Source of the DNA: Bacillota bacterium
GTDB lineage: Bacteria; Bacillota; Dethiobacteria; DTU022
Assembly (NCBI GenBank): GCA_034189085.1
Contig: JAXHVH010000005.1
Coordinates: 2,180 to 66,179 of the forward strand
Reading direction: 5' to 3'
DNA: 64,000 bases
Shown: positions 1 through 9,563 of the stretch, piece after piece
Numbering within the stretch: position 1 is the stretch's first letter
Layout of the letters: the number at the start of each line of letters is the position of its first letter
The notes under the pieces: generated by a model
The model's database searches: none
What the model saw: only the letters and a program-made list of their open reading frames with translations
Told to the model about the DNA's origin: nothing
Position numbers and translations under genes: made by a program

Positions 1-561
1 GAATTTTTCCGGTTGATCAGTCACCATTTCGGGAGGGTAGTACTGCGGCCCTTCGGGCATCATTGCCAGGGAAGCATCAACAAAACATTCCAGGTTTATT
101 TTCTTCAAAGCAGAAAGAGCAAAATGATCATCAAAGGAGCAGAGCTCTCTATAACGGTTGATGTTTTTAGCCAGAAGTTCGGGCGCGGCCAGATCTATTT
201 TGTTTAAAACCAGGAAAACCGGGCTTTCAGTCATTTCGAGAAACTCTGCAATGTAGGCATCACCCCTGCCGGGAGGTTTATCTGCTTCCACCACGAAGCA
301 AATCAAATCGACCTCCTGCATGGTTGCCCTGGCCATACGAACCATCGCTGTGCCAAGCAGGTGTTTCGGTTTGTGCAACCCCGGGGTGTCGATATAAATC
401 ATCTGCCCTTCCGGCCTGGTCAGCACAGCCCGAATCTGGTTCCTGGTAGTCTGGGGCCGGTCCGAGGTAATGGCTATTTTTTCGTCGACCAGGCTGTTGA
501 GAAGGGTCGACTTGCCCACATTAGGCCTTCCAATCAAAGCGGCAAATCCTGATTTATGCAT
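1..561 (-). CDS. era: GTPase Era (5' part; runs off the window edge)
   Basis: Manual translation from ATG at 561: MHKSGFAALIGRPNVGKSTLLN...QTTRNQI...DTPGLH...NKID (G1-G4 motifs); lies directly downstream of cdd. Confidence 0.95.
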   Translation of the reverse strand, partial: MHKSGFAALIGRPNVGKSTLLNSLVDEKIAITSDRPQTTRNQIRAVLTRPEGQMIYIDTPGLHKPKHLLGTAMVRMARATMQEVDLICFVVEADKPPGRGDAYIAEFLEMTESPVFLVLNKIDLAAPELLAKNINRYRELCSFDDHFALSALKKINLECFVDASLAMMPEGPQYYPPEMVTDQPEKF

Positions 562-579
562 GAAATACCTTCTTATTTT

Positions 580-1413
580 TTAATTGATGATTGTTTTCAG
601 ATCAAGAACCGGTGTCCCGTTGATCAGATCCAGTCCCCTGACCATGATCCGGTTACGGTCCACCGCCATAATCTCTCCGGTCGACTGGGCAATGGCATTG
701 GGACGGTGCGGGGAGTGGCAGGCAAAAATGCCATAGATTTCGTTTCCCCTGCCTCTGCGCCTATCTTTGAGGGTAAATCCCCGGGATTGATGCAGGTAAG
801 CAATAACCGTTATTTTTTCCTCTTCATCTACCCGGTAGAGTCCTTCTTCCATCTCAGGATCGAGAATGATCTGCGAAATCAATTCCCGGTAATTGTCCGG
901 TATGTCCTTTGGACTTAGAATATTATTGGCCACATAACCGATGGGGGTAAAAGATACCGGCAGGCGCCATAGATCTTCTTCCTCCTCCCGATTCCGGCCC
1001 ACAGGGTTGTCAGCCCATGCCGCCCCTCCATAAGGCTCCGGCAGGAGATCGAGTAGAGGCATCACCACCATTTCTCCTGCCAGGTTGCCCATAATCACTT
1101 CAATGTTCCCGGTTATTTCCCAGATTACCTGCCGGCAGGCTCCGCATGGAACCGGGGGTTGGGTACAGTCGGCCACGATGGCAATTTTACTGAATCGGCG
1201 ATAGCCGTAGTGCACAGCAGTCCAGCAGGCTAACCTCTCAGCACAAACAGTCAACCCCAGTGAAGAATTCTCGATGTTGCTGCCGGTTATAACGTTGCCT
1301 TCCCCTGTAAGCAAAGCCGCTCCCACCGGAAACCGGGAATAGGGCGCATAGGCTTTCAGACGCGCCGCCCGCGCAACAGCCAGTAAGGTTTCTCTTTTCA
1401 CCGGGGTAAACAC
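580..1413 (-). CDS. cdd: Cytidine deaminase fused to a C-terminal TrmO/TsaA (YaeB-like) SAM-binding domain
   Basis: N-half has AYAPYS, NIEN, CAER and PCGACRQ Zn motifs. C-half has FTPIGYV...GIFACHSPHRPN...GLDLINGTPVLDLK, which is TsaA-like. Occupies the cdd position in dgkA-cdd-era. Confidence 0.9.
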   Translation of the reverse strand: MFTPVKRETLLAVARAARLKAYAPYSRFPVGAALLTGEGNVITGSNIENSSLGLTVCAERLACWTAVHYGYRRFSKIAIVADCTQPPVPCGACRQVIWEITGNIEVIMGNLAGEMVVMPLLDLLPEPYGGAAWADNPVGRNREEEEDLWRLPVSFTPIGYVANNILSPKDIPDNYRELISQIILDPEMEEGLYRVDEEEKITVIAYLHQSRGFTLKDRRRGRGNEIYGIFACHSPHRPNAIAQSTGEIMAVDRNRIMVRGLDLINGTPVLDLKTIIN

Positions 1414-1424
1414 CTCTCTTCACT

Positions 1425-2480
1425 TTATTCGGCGTACACATAGGCCGGCAGTTTGATAAAACCGGAATGGCTGATATTAAAAACAAGGCCTCGTTTATCT
1501 TCAAGTTCTTCGATGATGATGTCCAGGCCGCTGATTAGCAAGTCCGGTTCGCCGACTGCTTGAATGGTAACCGGGTTGGTGGGAATCTGCTGGTAATTAA
1601 CCATAATTAAAGGCCCGGTACATCGAATGGCGCTGGTAACCGTCAGTCTCTGACCACCTACGCTAACTCCTCGTGCTCCCGCACTGAAAAGTTCGTTCAC
1701 TATGTCACGAATATCGGCATCGTGCACCAGAGCCCTGCTTCCCTCGGATTCCATGGCATCGTAAATCTGCAGGGTAATCCCGGGTCCGACCATCTCCGCC
1801 AGGCCGGCCTGTACCCTCATTTCATACAGCCTCAGCCGCAGTGAATTGCGATCTTCGTTTAAAGTTTCAAGCTGCTCCTGCGTTGTCTGTGGCACCACCA
1901 GGGTAGCAGTGCCATCAACAATTTCAAGATCAATGCTTTGTTCCGCAAAACAGCGATCCTGGGTGTAAATTGTTTTAATTTCCTGAACGGTGTGGGGTTC
2001 TAAAAATTGATCGGGGTAAATGTCAATTTTGCCTTCGGTTACTCTGATATATAAATGGGTTTTCTCTGCAGTTCCCTGAACAATGGCGTCTTCATTAACA
2101 GCAGCCATCACCTTCTCTTTTAACAAATCGTCGGCTTCCCTGATAATTGTTTCCTGGGCACAGCGGCCCTGGTTGAGGATAATTTGGATCAGATCATCGC
2201 TGGTTACGGCCAGATCCACGGCATAATTATATTCTGCCAGCGCTTCCCTGACTGCGGGAACATTGTCCACTTCCATGTCATTGGCCAGGCGATGAATATA
2301 ATCAGATAAATCGCGGGCCAGTTCCTGTTTGTAAGAAAAAAGGTTGTCCGCAGCTCTGACGCTTGTAATCACATAGTAGTAACCGAAAGCGATGAGAATG
2401 GTATTGATCAGAATAATTACCAGGATCACCAGCTGCACCTTACCGCTGCTGGAAGAACGGTGGTCCGAATACCCGGACAT
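1425..2480 (-). CDS. DUF881 family membrane-anchored protein with long N-terminal extension
   Basis: N-terminal TM helix; C-terminal AGLAEMVGPGITL...VHDADIRDIVNELFSAGARGVSVGGQR...AIRCTGP DUF881 signature. Confidence 0.8.
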   Translation of the reverse strand: MSGYSDHRSSSSGKVQLVILVIILINTILIAFGYYYVITSVRAADNLFSYKQELARDLSDYIHRLANDMEVDNVPAVREALAEYNYAVDLAVTSDDLIQIILNQGRCAQETIIREADDLLKEKVMAAVNEDAIVQGTAEKTHLYIRVTEGKIDIYPDQFLEPHTVQEIKTIYTQDRCFAEQSIDLEIVDGTATLVVPQTTQEQLETLNEDRNSLRLRLYEMRVQAGLAEMVGPGITLQIYDAMESEGSRALVHDADIRDIVNELFSAGARGVSVGGQRLTVTSAIRCTGPLIMVNYQQIPTNPVTIQAVGEPDLLISGLDIIIEELEDKRGLVFNISHSGFIKLPAYVYAE

Positions 2481-2514
2481 AATTAAGTCAATCCCCCATT
2501 ATAATTAATTTCAC

Positions 2515-2883
2515 TTACAAAATCCCTCTGATAATTGACCACAGGGGCGGCCCCAGAACGACAACCCCCACGATCACGGCATAGACAGCAGTAAGCAAAA
2601 CGGCCCCTGCAGCAACATCTTTGGACGTTTGAGCCAGGTGACTACGCTTTTTTGTATAAAGATCAATCGTCTTTTCTACAGACGTGTTAAAAGTTTCAGC
2701 AACCAGCACCAGCACTACGGCAGTAACCAGGAACAGCATGCCGTTAAGTCCGACTCTGAGGCTTAATCCGGCTGCCAGGGCGGCAATCCCGGCCAGGCCG
2801 TGAATGGTCATATTTCGCTGCGTCCTAAAACAATATACCAGGCCGATGCAGGCGTTTTTCAGACTTCTTTGGACTTCTCTCAT
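2515..2883 (-). CDS. dgkA: Diacylglycerol/undecaprenol kinase
   Basis: QRNMTIH, ETFNTSVEKTIDL and KDVAAGAVL motifs; ybeY-dgkA synteny. Confidence 0.92.
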   Translation of the reverse strand: MREVQRSLKNACIGLVYCFRTQRNMTIHGLAGIAALAAGLSLRVGLNGMLFLVTAVVLVLVAETFNTSVEKTIDLYTKKRSHLAQTSKDVAAGAVLLTAVYAVIVGVVVLGPPLWSIIRGIL

Positions 2884-2888
2884 TCTCT

Positions 2889-3359
2889 TTATTCCTCCAC
2901 CAGGAAGCCAGAATACAGTCTCAGCAGTTCCTGTTCCTTCTTCCTCATTCGGGCGGTATCCCCCTCTTCTTCATGATCGAATCCCAGCAAATGGAGCATG
3001 CCGTGGATGGCCAGCAGCAGTATCTCCTTTTCCAGGGAGTGACCTGCTTTTTCCGCCTGTTCACGGGCTCGATCGATGGAAATATAAATATCTCCAAAAG
3101 CAAAATCCTCTTCATGCCCCTGATCAAGATTTTCTTCTGCATCAAAATATGAGAAAGAAAGGACATCGGTCGGAGCATCCCTGTCCCTGAAACGACGGTT
3201 CAGATCATGAAGATAGCTGTCGCCGGCAATAACTACCGCCGTTTCACCACCCTTCAGGTTGTGCTCTGCCAGCAGATCATTAACCACCCTGAGCAGCTTT
3301 TCAGTGACTTTCCTGGAAAGACCTTCATTACCTTTTAAAAAGTTTATTGTAACGCTCAC
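2889..3359 (-). CDS. ybeY: rRNA maturation endoribonuclease YbeY
   Basis: PTDVLSF, GDIYIS and HGMLHLLGFDH motifs. Confidence 0.96.
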   Translation of the reverse strand: MSVTINFLKGNEGLSRKVTEKLLRVVNDLLAEHNLKGGETAVVIAGDSYLHDLNRRFRDRDAPTDVLSFSYFDAEENLDQGHEEDFAFGDIYISIDRAREQAEKAGHSLEKEILLLAIHGMLHLLGFDHEEEGDTARMRKKEQELLRLYSGFLVEE

Positions 3360-5467
3360 CTGGTAGCCCTGCTCCTTTCGATTTCCGCTTTCAGTTCCTT
3401 TTCCGGATATTCAATCCGCGAATGATAGACGCCGGACATGATGTAAATAAAAGCATCGGCTATGATGTCAAGTTCCTTCAGCGTCAGATCACTCTGGTCA
3501 AGCTGTCCGTCTTCCAATTTTTCTTTGATCATCCGCCGGACCATCATTTCGACCCGGTTACTGGTGGGCTTGGTTAAAGAACGCACTCCCGCTTCCACTG
3601 CATCAGCCAGCATAATAATGGCCGCTTCCTTGGTCTGCGGTTTTGGCCCTTCATAGCGAAATTTTTCTGCCTCTATATTCTCTTCCCCGTTCTGTTCCAC
3701 CGCTTGCTGGTAAAAAAAGGAAATCATACTGGTACCGTGATGCTGGGCAGCTATATCAATAATGGGCTCTGGTAAACGATATTTTCGCCCCATGTCCACC
3801 CCATCCTTGGGGTGAGCCCCGATTATCAAGGCGCTGAGGTTGGGTGACAGTTTTTGATGCGGATTTTCTCCCGAAAGCTGGTTTTCAGAAAAGAAATAAG
3901 GCCTTTTTAACTTGCCAATGTCATGGTAATAAGCACCAACTCTGGTCAGAAGCGAATTTGCCTTGACGCGGTCGGCTGCCGCTTCGGCCAGGTTTGAAAC
4001 CATCATGCTGTGATAATAAGTACCCGGAGCTTTGAGAAGCAGTTCTCGCAGCAGGGGATGGTTGGGGTTTGACAGTTCCAGGAGGGTAATAGCCGTAGTC
4101 ACCCCGAACAGACTTTCCAGGAATGGAAGCAGACCAATGGCCACCACTGCAGAAAAAATACCGTTGCCTACCCCGGCAATGGCACTGTAACTAAAATTGA
4201 TCAGCGAATCCGTTTCCATGCTCACATTTCCGAAAAAGAGGTAAACTGCCAGAATCAAAGTAAAATCGGTGGCCGATACATAAAATCCAGCCCTGGCCAG
4301 GTCACTGCGTTGACTGAGCCTGGTCACTGCATAAATGGAGGCCAGCCCTCCCATCAAGGCTACCAGGATATAAGAAAATTCACCGCCGGTGATCAATCCC
4401 ACCATTAAAGTGAGCGCCAGGTTGTTGATCAAGGCCAGCTTATAACCAAATAAAACTGTTATGAGGATCACACCCATGGCCACCGGGACGAAAAATCCCG
4501 AAAAATAAGAAGCAGCCACGGAAAAAACAAGGGTGATGAAAAATACCAGGCCCATCAATAAAAGTAAAGACGGGCTGTTAAAAACATCATTGACAAAGAT
4601 GTAGATATAACTGCCGGCCAATATAAAAACTACGGCCAACAGCAGAAACAGGCCAATATAGGCCGGGTAATCGGCCTGCTGCCCCCTGATCAGGCCGAGA
4701 TCTTCGAGCAGGGCATACTGGTGCTCGGTAACCGGTTCGCCCTCACTGACAATCAAAGTATCGCGGAAAACAATCACCGGCTCGACCTGCCGGCGAGCCA
4801 GCTCACGGCTTTCTTCAGTGGCCATGGCATTGTAAAACATGTTCTGTTCCACCAGGGGTTCAACCAGTGTTTCAGCAATTCTTTTTAATTCGGCACTGAC
4901 CGGATAAAGAGCAATTTCCTGATTCAATCGCCGGCGGGCCAGTGCTTCTTCGTCTTCTTTAATCCCCTGTTCAAAAACATCACGAACGGAGTTGTTGATC
5001 CTTTCCTGCAAATCCCTCAGTGTGTCCGTATCGGTGAGCAGGGCTTCTACCGCTGAAGGAGGTAAATCATTGCCAACTATGCTTTCAAGGATTTCTAATT
5101 TTTCTTCAGGTTCCAGCTCCGGGTCTTCCGTGATATCGAGGATATCATCAAAAAAGGTCCCAATTTCAGCCAGGGCTCGATCGAGGACATCCGGATCATA
5201 ATCGAAAACTTCCTCCACCGATTCTGAAGCATCCTGGCGGCGCTCTTCCGTGGCATATTCATCGACGGCATCGCGGGGCGCAAAAATCGTTTGCGGGCTT
5301 GGACGCCCTACATTAATATCCAGGCGGGCGGGCATACTGACAAAAGCCAGCAAGAAATAGATAGCCGCGAAAAGAACGACAACGAGGACAAATTTTTGCA
5401 AACCCTTGCTATCTTTAAAAGAAATTGAGCGGTTAAATATTTCTTTCCAATTAGTCTTTTTCTTCAT
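3356..5467 (-). CDS. pgpH: 7TM-HD phosphohydrolase (c-di-AMP phosphodiesterase PgpH-like)
   Basis: Extracellular domain, 7 TM helices, APGTYYHS, YYHDIGK, HHGT and MLAD motifs. Start placed at MKKKTNW (5467), overlapping the phoH end. Confidence 0.88.
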   Translation of the reverse strand: MKKKTNWKEIFNRSISFKDSKGLQKFVLVVVLFAAIYFLLAFVSMPARLDINVGRPSPQTIFAPRDAVDEYATEERRQDASESVEEVFDYDPDVLDRALAEIGTFFDDILDITEDPELEPEEKLEILESIVGNDLPPSAVEALLTDTDTLRDLQERINNSVRDVFEQGIKEDEEALARRRLNQEIALYPVSAELKRIAETLVEPLVEQNMFYNAMATEESRELARRQVEPVIVFRDTLIVSEGEPVTEHQYALLEDLGLIRGQQADYPAYIGLFLLLAVVFILAGSYIYIFVNDVFNSPSLLLLMGLVFFITLVFSVAASYFSGFFVPVAMGVILITVLFGYKLALINNLALTLMVGLITGGEFSYILVALMGGLASIYAVTRLSQRSDLARAGFYVSATDFTLILAVYLFFGNVSMETDSLINFSYSAIAGVGNGIFSAVVAIGLLPFLESLFGVTTAITLLELSNPNHPLLRELLLKAPGTYYHSMMVSNLAEAAADRVKANSLLTRVGAYYHDIGKLKRPYFFSENQLSGENPHQKLSPNLSALIIGAHPKDGVDMGRKYRLPEPIIDIAAQHHGTSMISFFYQQAVEQNGEENIEAEKFRYEGPKPQTKEAAIIMLADAVEAGVRSLTKPTSNRVEMMVRRMIKEKLEDGQLDQSDLTLKELDIIADAFIYIMSGVYHSRIEYPEKELKAEIERSRATR

Positions 5468-6461
5468 AACCGTTCCTTTCTTTACCGTTCCGTTCCTTTG
5501 AAGCCTCATATTCTTCGTAGGCTTTAATGATACTCTGAACCAGAGGGTGCCTGACAACATCTTTTTCAGTCAGGTTGACCAGGGCAATCCCTTCGATGTT
5601 GGCCAGAATACGGGATGCTTCCTCCAGGCCGGAATAACGTCCTTTCGGTAGATCAACCTGGGTAATATCGCCGGTGATTACCGCCTTTGAGCCGAAACCA
5701 AGCCGGGTGAGAAACATTTTCATTTGTTCAGAGGTAGCATTCTGCCCTTCATCAAGGATAACGAAGGAATCATCAAGGGTCCTGCCCCTCATATAGGCAA
5801 GGGGAGCAATTTCGATTACTCCTCTTTCCCGGTATTTTTGGAACACATCGATTCCCAGCAAATCATAGAGCCCGTCGTAAATGGGCCGCAGGTAGGGATC
5901 GACTTTCTCCTGGAAATCCCCGGGCAGAAAACCGAGATGCTCGCCTGCTTCAACCGCCGGGCGGGTTAAAATGAGGCGCTGGACCTGCTTGTTTTTCAAA
6001 GCATCAACAGCCATCGCCAGGGCCAGGTAGGTTTTCCCCGTTCCGGCCGGTCCGATTGAAAGAACTACATCATAACGCCGGATCGCTTCTAAATAGTGTT
6101 TCTGTCCCACTGTTTTCGGCCGGATCTGTTTCCCCCGCGGTGTCACCAGAAGCAGATCGCTGAAAACAGTCCGGATTGATTCAACATCTCCTTCAGAGGT
6201 CAGTTTTAAAGCATATTCAAATTCCCGACCCGTCAGCAGGTGCCCCTTCCGGATGTGTTCCAGCAGTTCCTGAAACATGCGATAAACCTGTTCTACATCT
6301 TCGGGGGAACCTTCTATGGCCAGTTCATGTCCTTTTGGAATCAGACGCACCGCAAAACAATCTTCAATCAGGCGGAAATGACGGTCATGTTTTCCCAATA
6401 GCTGAATTGACTCGTCTCCGCCCTTTAAAAGAATGGTCCGGCTGCTTTTAATTTCAGACAA
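5451..6461 (-). CDS. phoH: PhoH family ATPase
   Basis: GPAGTGKTYLA, RPAVEAGE, LGFLPGD, YMRGRT and GDITQVDLP motifs. Confidence 0.95.
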   Translation of the reverse strand: MSEIKSSRTILLKGGDESIQLLGKHDRHFRLIEDCFAVRLIPKGHELAIEGSPEDVEQVYRMFQELLEHIRKGHLLTGREFEYALKLTSEGDVESIRTVFSDLLLVTPRGKQIRPKTVGQKHYLEAIRRYDVVLSIGPAGTGKTYLALAMAVDALKNKQVQRLILTRPAVEAGEHLGFLPGDFQEKVDPYLRPIYDGLYDLLGIDVFQKYRERGVIEIAPLAYMRGRTLDDSFVILDEGQNATSEQMKMFLTRLGFGSKAVITGDITQVDLPKGRYSGLEEASRILANIEGIALVNLTEKDVVRHPLVQSIIKAYEEYEASKERNGKERNGYEEKD

Positions 6462-6599
6462 ATAGAAACTTCTCCCTTCAACTTAATCCCGTTAAAGATT
6501 ACCTTCCCTTTCCGAACAGCCCGGCCAATCCGAGGAAAGGTGATTTTATATTTTGTAAAATAGGGTACTTCGACGATATTTTTAATAATCCTTTAATGA

Positions 6600-6623
6600 A
6601 AAGACCGCCGGATAAGCGGTCAA
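6600..6623 (-). terminator. Probable intrinsic terminator after the floA operon
   Basis: Minus strand GACCGC-ttatccg-GCGGTC followed by TTTT. Confidence 0.55.
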
Positions 6624-6680
6624 TTTTTGCTTTATGACTATTGTTACTGCTGTTCCTGTGGTTTTAAACATATTATCTTT

Positions 6681-7169
6681 TCAACGCCTCTTCCGCAGGG
6701 AGACCGGCGGCCCCATCACTTCGTGAAATGCAATGGCCGCCACCAGCGAATCTTTATCCGTCAGGACCTGCCTGAAACTCTCTGTAAATGCTGGAGAATC
6801 TTTGATTTCTTTTTCGGGCAGTTCTGGTTCTTCTGATTCCTCCCCTGAAGATTGCTCTTCACCTATTACCATCTCTTCGCCGAAATCCTCTCCGGAAGGC
6901 TCATCGGGTTCTTTATCATCCTCGTCATAGACCCATTCGCCATAAGGTACCCCATGATCTGTCTTCGCTTCGACAACTTCGCCCAGCAGTGTAGAACCAT
7001 AATTATTTATGGCTTCCGTGGTTACATCATGATCTGACAGAACAGCTCTTTCCCCGACGGAAGATGTTTTCGGCGCAGGGTTGCTTTTTCTCCCCTTGAT
7101 TACTTTCATCAGGGTTGCAACCAGGTTAATAAGGATGATCAGCACGATCAGGAAACTGAAACCTTCCAT
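6681..7169 (-). CDS. Acidic membrane-anchored hypothetical protein (YqfB position)
   Basis: N-terminal TM helix, acidic linker, C-terminal AIAFHEVMGPPVSLRKRR; follows floA. Confidence 0.7.
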   Translation of the reverse strand: MEGFSFLIVLIILINLVATLMKVIKGRKSNPAPKTSSVGERAVLSDHDVTTEAINNYGSTLLGEVVEAKTDHGVPYGEWVYDEDDKEPDEPSGEDFGEEMVIGEEQSSGEESEEPELPEKEIKDSPAFTESFRQVLTDKDSLVAAIAFHEVMGPPVSLRKRR

Positions 7170-7190
7170 AGATGTGGTCAGACCTCCGAT

Positions 7191-8180
7191 TTACTTATTA
7201 TCGTCCTGCTGGTCCTGCTGCCCCAGTTTGCTTATACTCTTACGCATATCTGTGTCAGCAAGCACATTTTTCATCTGGTAGTAGTCCATCACCCCGAGGT
7301 TGCCTTCGCGCAGAGCCTGGGCCAGAGCTCGGGGAACTTCCGCTTCCGCCTCGACAACCTTGGCCCTCATTTCCTGCACCGAGGCAATCATTTCCTGCTC
7401 CTTGGCCACGGCCATGGCCCGCCTTTCTTCTGCTTTAGCCTGGGCAATTCTCTTGTCTGCTTCGGCCTGATCAGTCTGCAGCTGGGCTCCAATGTTTTTG
7501 CCCACGTCTACATCGGCAACATCAATAGACAGTATTTCGTAAGCAGTCCCTGAATCGAGGCCCTTGGCCAGAACAGTATTGGATATCTTATCCGGATTTT
7601 CAAGAACCATTTTATGGTTATCTGAAGAGCCGATAGTCGTGACAATCCCTTCGCCAACCCTGGCGATGATCGTTTCTTCGCCGGCCCCTCCTACCAAACG
7701 GTCAATGTTGGCCCTCACAGTTACCTTGGCCCGTGCTTTTACTTCGATACCATCCTTGGCTACCGCAACTACGACCGGGGTTTCAATAACCTTTGGATTA
7801 ACACTCATCTGCACTGCCTGCAGCACATCACGGCCGGCCAGGTCAATGGCGGCAGCCCTTTCGAAAGGCAGGGGTATTTCAGCCCGCTGGGCGGCAATCA
7901 GGGCGTTAACCACCCGGTCTACGTTACCTCCAGCCAGGAAATGGCCTTCAAGCTTGTTAACGCTCAAATCCAGGCCGGCCTTGGTAGCTTTAATCAAGGG
8001 AACCACAATCTTAATTGGGGTTACCCTGCGCAGGCGCATTCCAATCAAAGCAAAGATCCCCACGGGAACCCGGGCTGCCAGGGCTGAAATCCACAACCCC
8101 AGGGGAACAAAGCTCAAGATCACCGCCAGGGCAAGAATAATTAAACCAATAAATATTAAAAGGGTAATAATTTCAGGCAT
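7191..8180 (-). CDS. floA: Flotillin-like protein FloA (YqfA, UPF0365)
   Basis: [32 protein letters not shown] and QTDQAEADK motifs. Confidence 0.95.
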   Translation of the reverse strand: MPEIITLLIFIGLIILALAVILSFVPLGLWISALAARVPVGIFALIGMRLRRVTPIKIVVPLIKATKAGLDLSVNKLEGHFLAGGNVDRVVNALIAAQRAEIPLPFERAAAIDLAGRDVLQAVQMSVNPKVIETPVVVAVAKDGIEVKARAKVTVRANIDRLVGGAGEETIIARVGEGIVTTIGSSDNHKMVLENPDKISNTVLAKGLDSGTAYEILSIDVADVDVGKNIGAQLQTDQAEADKRIAQAKAEERRAMAVAKEQEMIASVQEMRAKVVEAEAEVPRALAQALREGNLGVMDYYQMKNVLADTDMRKSISKLGQQDQQDDNK

Positions 8181-8183
8181 ATT

Positions 8184-9518
8184 TTAGTCCTCCTTCTCCT
8201 TGTTTTTCAAAGCTTGGACTATCACCCGCACTCCTTCAACCCGCTGGACAACAACCGGTTCATTTGCAGGTATATATGATCCATCGCTGACGACGTCGAT
8301 TCGTCTGCCGTCAATCAGAGCCGCCCCGGAAGGACGCAGGGCAGTAATGCTTTCTCCTTCCATCCCGAGCAATTTTTTCTGATCGAGGGGAGCTACATAA
8401 CCGAGATCCGTTCTTTCCTCATCAGATAGAATGATATGGCGCAGCGCTCCCCTGCGGGCAAAAAAGCGAAAAGCGAGAACGGCGAAAAGACCGGCCAGAA
8501 CAAAAGATATGATGAGCATTACCAGCCCTGTTTGAATCGACACGGCAGCCAGGACTATGGCCACTACCATGGCCACGATTCCCCCGATGCCAAACACGCC
8601 AAACCCCGGCATAAAAGCCTCCACCAGCAACAGGGCAATACCGAAAACAAAGAGGATCACAACCCAGTATTCAGCCATTCCTGCAACAATATTGCCGCCG
8701 AAATAAAGGGCAAAAGCAATTATGCTGACAATACCGGCAATGCCGAAACCGGCCGAAATAATTTCCACGATTAATCCACCCAGGCCAATCATCAGCAAAA
8801 TAGTGCCCACAACAGGATTGGTAGTCCAACCCACCATACTGTCTACGGCCCGTTTTTCTACTACTGTCCAGTCGGTTCCAGGCAGGCCTGCTTCTGCCAG
8901 TAATGCATCATAGTTTTCGACCGTTCCTTCACTGTAACCAACGTTCAGGGCCTCACCTGCAGTAAGAGTAAGAAGAGTCCCCTCTTCTGATAGGCCTTCA
9001 ACGACCAGGTCCCGACGGACCATGGCCGAGGCAATACTCGGATCCCTGCCTTGCCGTTCCGCCATGGCAGCCATTTCCTTTTCCCAGTAAGAAAGGGATT
9101 TTTCATCAACTTCACCCAGCCCAAGATAGCTGGGCTCGGCAGCACCAATAGTGGCACCTGGTACCATGTATATAGAGTCGGCGGCCAGGGCCAGGTAAGC
9201 ACCGGCTGAAATGGCATTGGGCCGCACAAAAGCATGAATCGGCCTGTCATATTCGTCCATCAGCCGCCTTATTTCTTCGGCCGAATTAATGTAGCCACCC
9301 GGTGTGTCAAGTTCAAGAATGACAGCTGGAGCATCGTTTTCCCTGACCATGTCAAAAGCATGCCGGGCATAGCTTACAGTCCCCGGATCGATGGTCCCTT
9401 CGATTTTGACAATCACTACCCTCTGGCTGGGTGCCGCCTCAACAGTAATTATACCACAGGCAAGCAGTCCGCAGAGAAGGCAGATTAGCCAGAAAAAACA
9501 TCTTATTTTCCTGTCCAT
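8184..9518 (-). CDS. nfeD: NfeD family membrane protease (YqeZ)
   Basis: ClpP-like LDTPGG and AISAGAYLAL, TM block, C-terminal LRPSG OB fold; upstream of floA. Confidence 0.9.
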   Translation of the reverse strand: MDRKIRCFFWLICLLCGLLACGIITVEAAPSQRVVIVKIEGTIDPGTVSYARHAFDMVRENDAPAVILELDTPGGYINSAEEIRRLMDEYDRPIHAFVRPNAISAGAYLALAADSIYMVPGATIGAAEPSYLGLGEVDEKSLSYWEKEMAAMAERQGRDPSIASAMVRRDLVVEGLSEEGTLLTLTAGEALNVGYSEGTVENYDALLAEAGLPGTDWTVVEKRAVDSMVGWTTNPVVGTILLMIGLGGLIVEIISAGFGIAGIVSIIAFALYFGGNIVAGMAEYWVVILFVFGIALLLVEAFMPGFGVFGIGGIVAMVVAIVLAAVSIQTGLVMLIISFVLAGLFAVLAFRFFARRGALRHIILSDEERTDLGYVAPLDQKKLLGMEGESITALRPSGAALIDGRRIDVVSDGSYIPANEPVVVQRVEGVRVIVQALKNKEKED

Positions 9519-9536
9519 TTCCCGATCTCCTTAAAG

Positions 9537-9561
9537 GAAAACCCGGCCATGAGGGCCGGGG
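9537..9561 (-). terminator. Probable intrinsic terminator/attenuator between yqeY and nfeD
   Basis: Minus strand CCCGGCC-ctcat-GGCCGGG followed by TTTT. Confidence 0.55.
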
Positions 9562-9563
9562 CT

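Noticed and set aside
7564-8187. Long antisense ORFs opposite floA (also opposite serA, the solenoid gene, the histidine kinase and hoxU)
   Set aside because: They fully overlap well-supported genes and contain no recognisable motifs.
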